Shown here one piece after another: positions 62,901 through 64,000 of a stretch of DNA of 64,000 nucleotides. The first letter of the stretch is position 1, and every line of letters starts with the position of its first letter. Source of the DNA: Saccostrea cucullata. Taxonomy: Eukaryota. A program made the position numbers and the translations under genes. Location of the stretch: positions 62,001-126,000 of the forward strand of contig NW_026917963.1 of NCBI RefSeq assembly GCF_032062105.1. The letters are read 5' to 3'. Under the pieces are notes generated by a model. It searched no databases and was not told the origin of the DNA. It saw only the letters and a program-made list of their open reading frames with translations.

Positions 62901-64000
62901 ACCGAAGTCTCAATAACAGCTACTGCGAGAAATAACATGTCTTTCATTAAAGATTTTATAGGTGATTCTAATTGATAAATCTGCAAAATCTATCTATATT
63001 AAATCTCATAAAAAATGAACATTTTCTTGTCTTAATCAAACTGTATATTCATAAAACCTTAGACGTTCCGTTCGTTGTTTTAAAAAATTGTATCACTTCT
63101 TTCTATTAAGGCTGTTGCTGAACACTGCAGTCCATTTTTTCATACAAAAGACACAAGGATCACAAAATGAAAAAAAATAACACGTTCGCTTCTGGCAATT
63201 GAAAACTTTTAAACCTAAATACTTTATTTATTGAAGTCAAGTCATTGAATGGACATCTGGCAAGTGCTACAATTATGAGTTGGTTCCTTTTCAATAAAGT
63301 TGATGTCTGTATTTTTTAATTCATCTCTTAAGTAAAAAAGTCTCGTTGAAGTCTCGTCATGGCAGAAAAAAGAAAAGAAAATGGATGTCTTTATTTATAA
63401 GAGTAAAAATATCAGTTCGGAAAATTCTTATTGATCTTATGATCCTATCAGATTCGATTTTTAGTGCTACACGAGCGCATCTATTCGTTAACCGAGAAAA
63501 ATCCCCCCAAATGTAATTTCCATTTTCAGAATTCTCAACAGCATTTGGTTGAAGTGATATTATAAGGTAATAAAGTTAAAATATGTATCATCTGGGAATA
63601 AATCCTTAGGAGTAAAACAGCCAAATCGATCTCAGCTAGTTGTCTGTATAAGACAAAAATCAAATTTTTCATTTTGTTCTTTAGTTAAAGTACAATTGCA
63701 TAATGTATTTTAAAAATGGAAAAGATAGAGATAACAAACAGGTGATCGATTTAAAATTACAAAAAATACAAATCTGTAACAGTGCATAAAACAAGAACCC
63801 CCTGGAACTTCCAGAGGTGAAATAAGATGCATGTGAGAAAGCCTTCCCTGCCAATCGGTCACTACCAGAATGGACGCTATGTATTGAGCAGGTAGAAAGA
63901 GTATTCCGGAATCACATTTCGCAAAAAATAAATATTAAATAAATAAATAAAACAAGTTCACAACAATTGATATGAAATACGTCAGTCAAAAATATTACAC

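Noticed and set aside
54207-64000. Upstream CNG exons or another gene
   Set aside because: I found no pore or S6-like coding sequence; the short ORFs are AT-rich and motif-free, so the region is treated as a long intron.

Overview
AT-rich, intron-rich animal genomic DNA. The repeat families suggest a bivalve, probably an oyster; this is inferred, not shown. Exons were assembled by hand from splice sites and reading phase into four host genes: (1) the 3' part of an SRCR-EGF-EGF-ZP-TM (DMBT1/uromodulin-like) gene on +, 187-4141; (2) a complete 19-exon SF3A1 on -, 28864-9431, 766 aa, with a U12-type first intron, a GC-AG intron and a 23-nt microexon; (3) a complete 5-coding-exon uncharacterised gene on -, 33655-30555, 346 aa, resembling a fungal DUF7918-type domain with a tail rich in SUMO-interacting motifs; (4) the 3' part of a CNG channel alpha-subunit gene on -, 54206-48385. 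Between genes 3 and 4 lies a nest of mobile elements. Its centrepiece is a young Ty3/Gypsy LTR element (35908-40960) with intact Gag, a textbook -1 frameshift signal, a protease and an in-frame fused integrase remnant, but no RT, RNase H or integrase catalytic core. Many MITEs with readable TIRs and TSDs are present (hAT-like with 8-bp and 5-bp TSDs, CACTA, PIF/Harbinger, Tc1/mariner), along with Helentron-like elements, a 146-bp satellite, and CR1/L2 and Penelope-like retroelement fragments.
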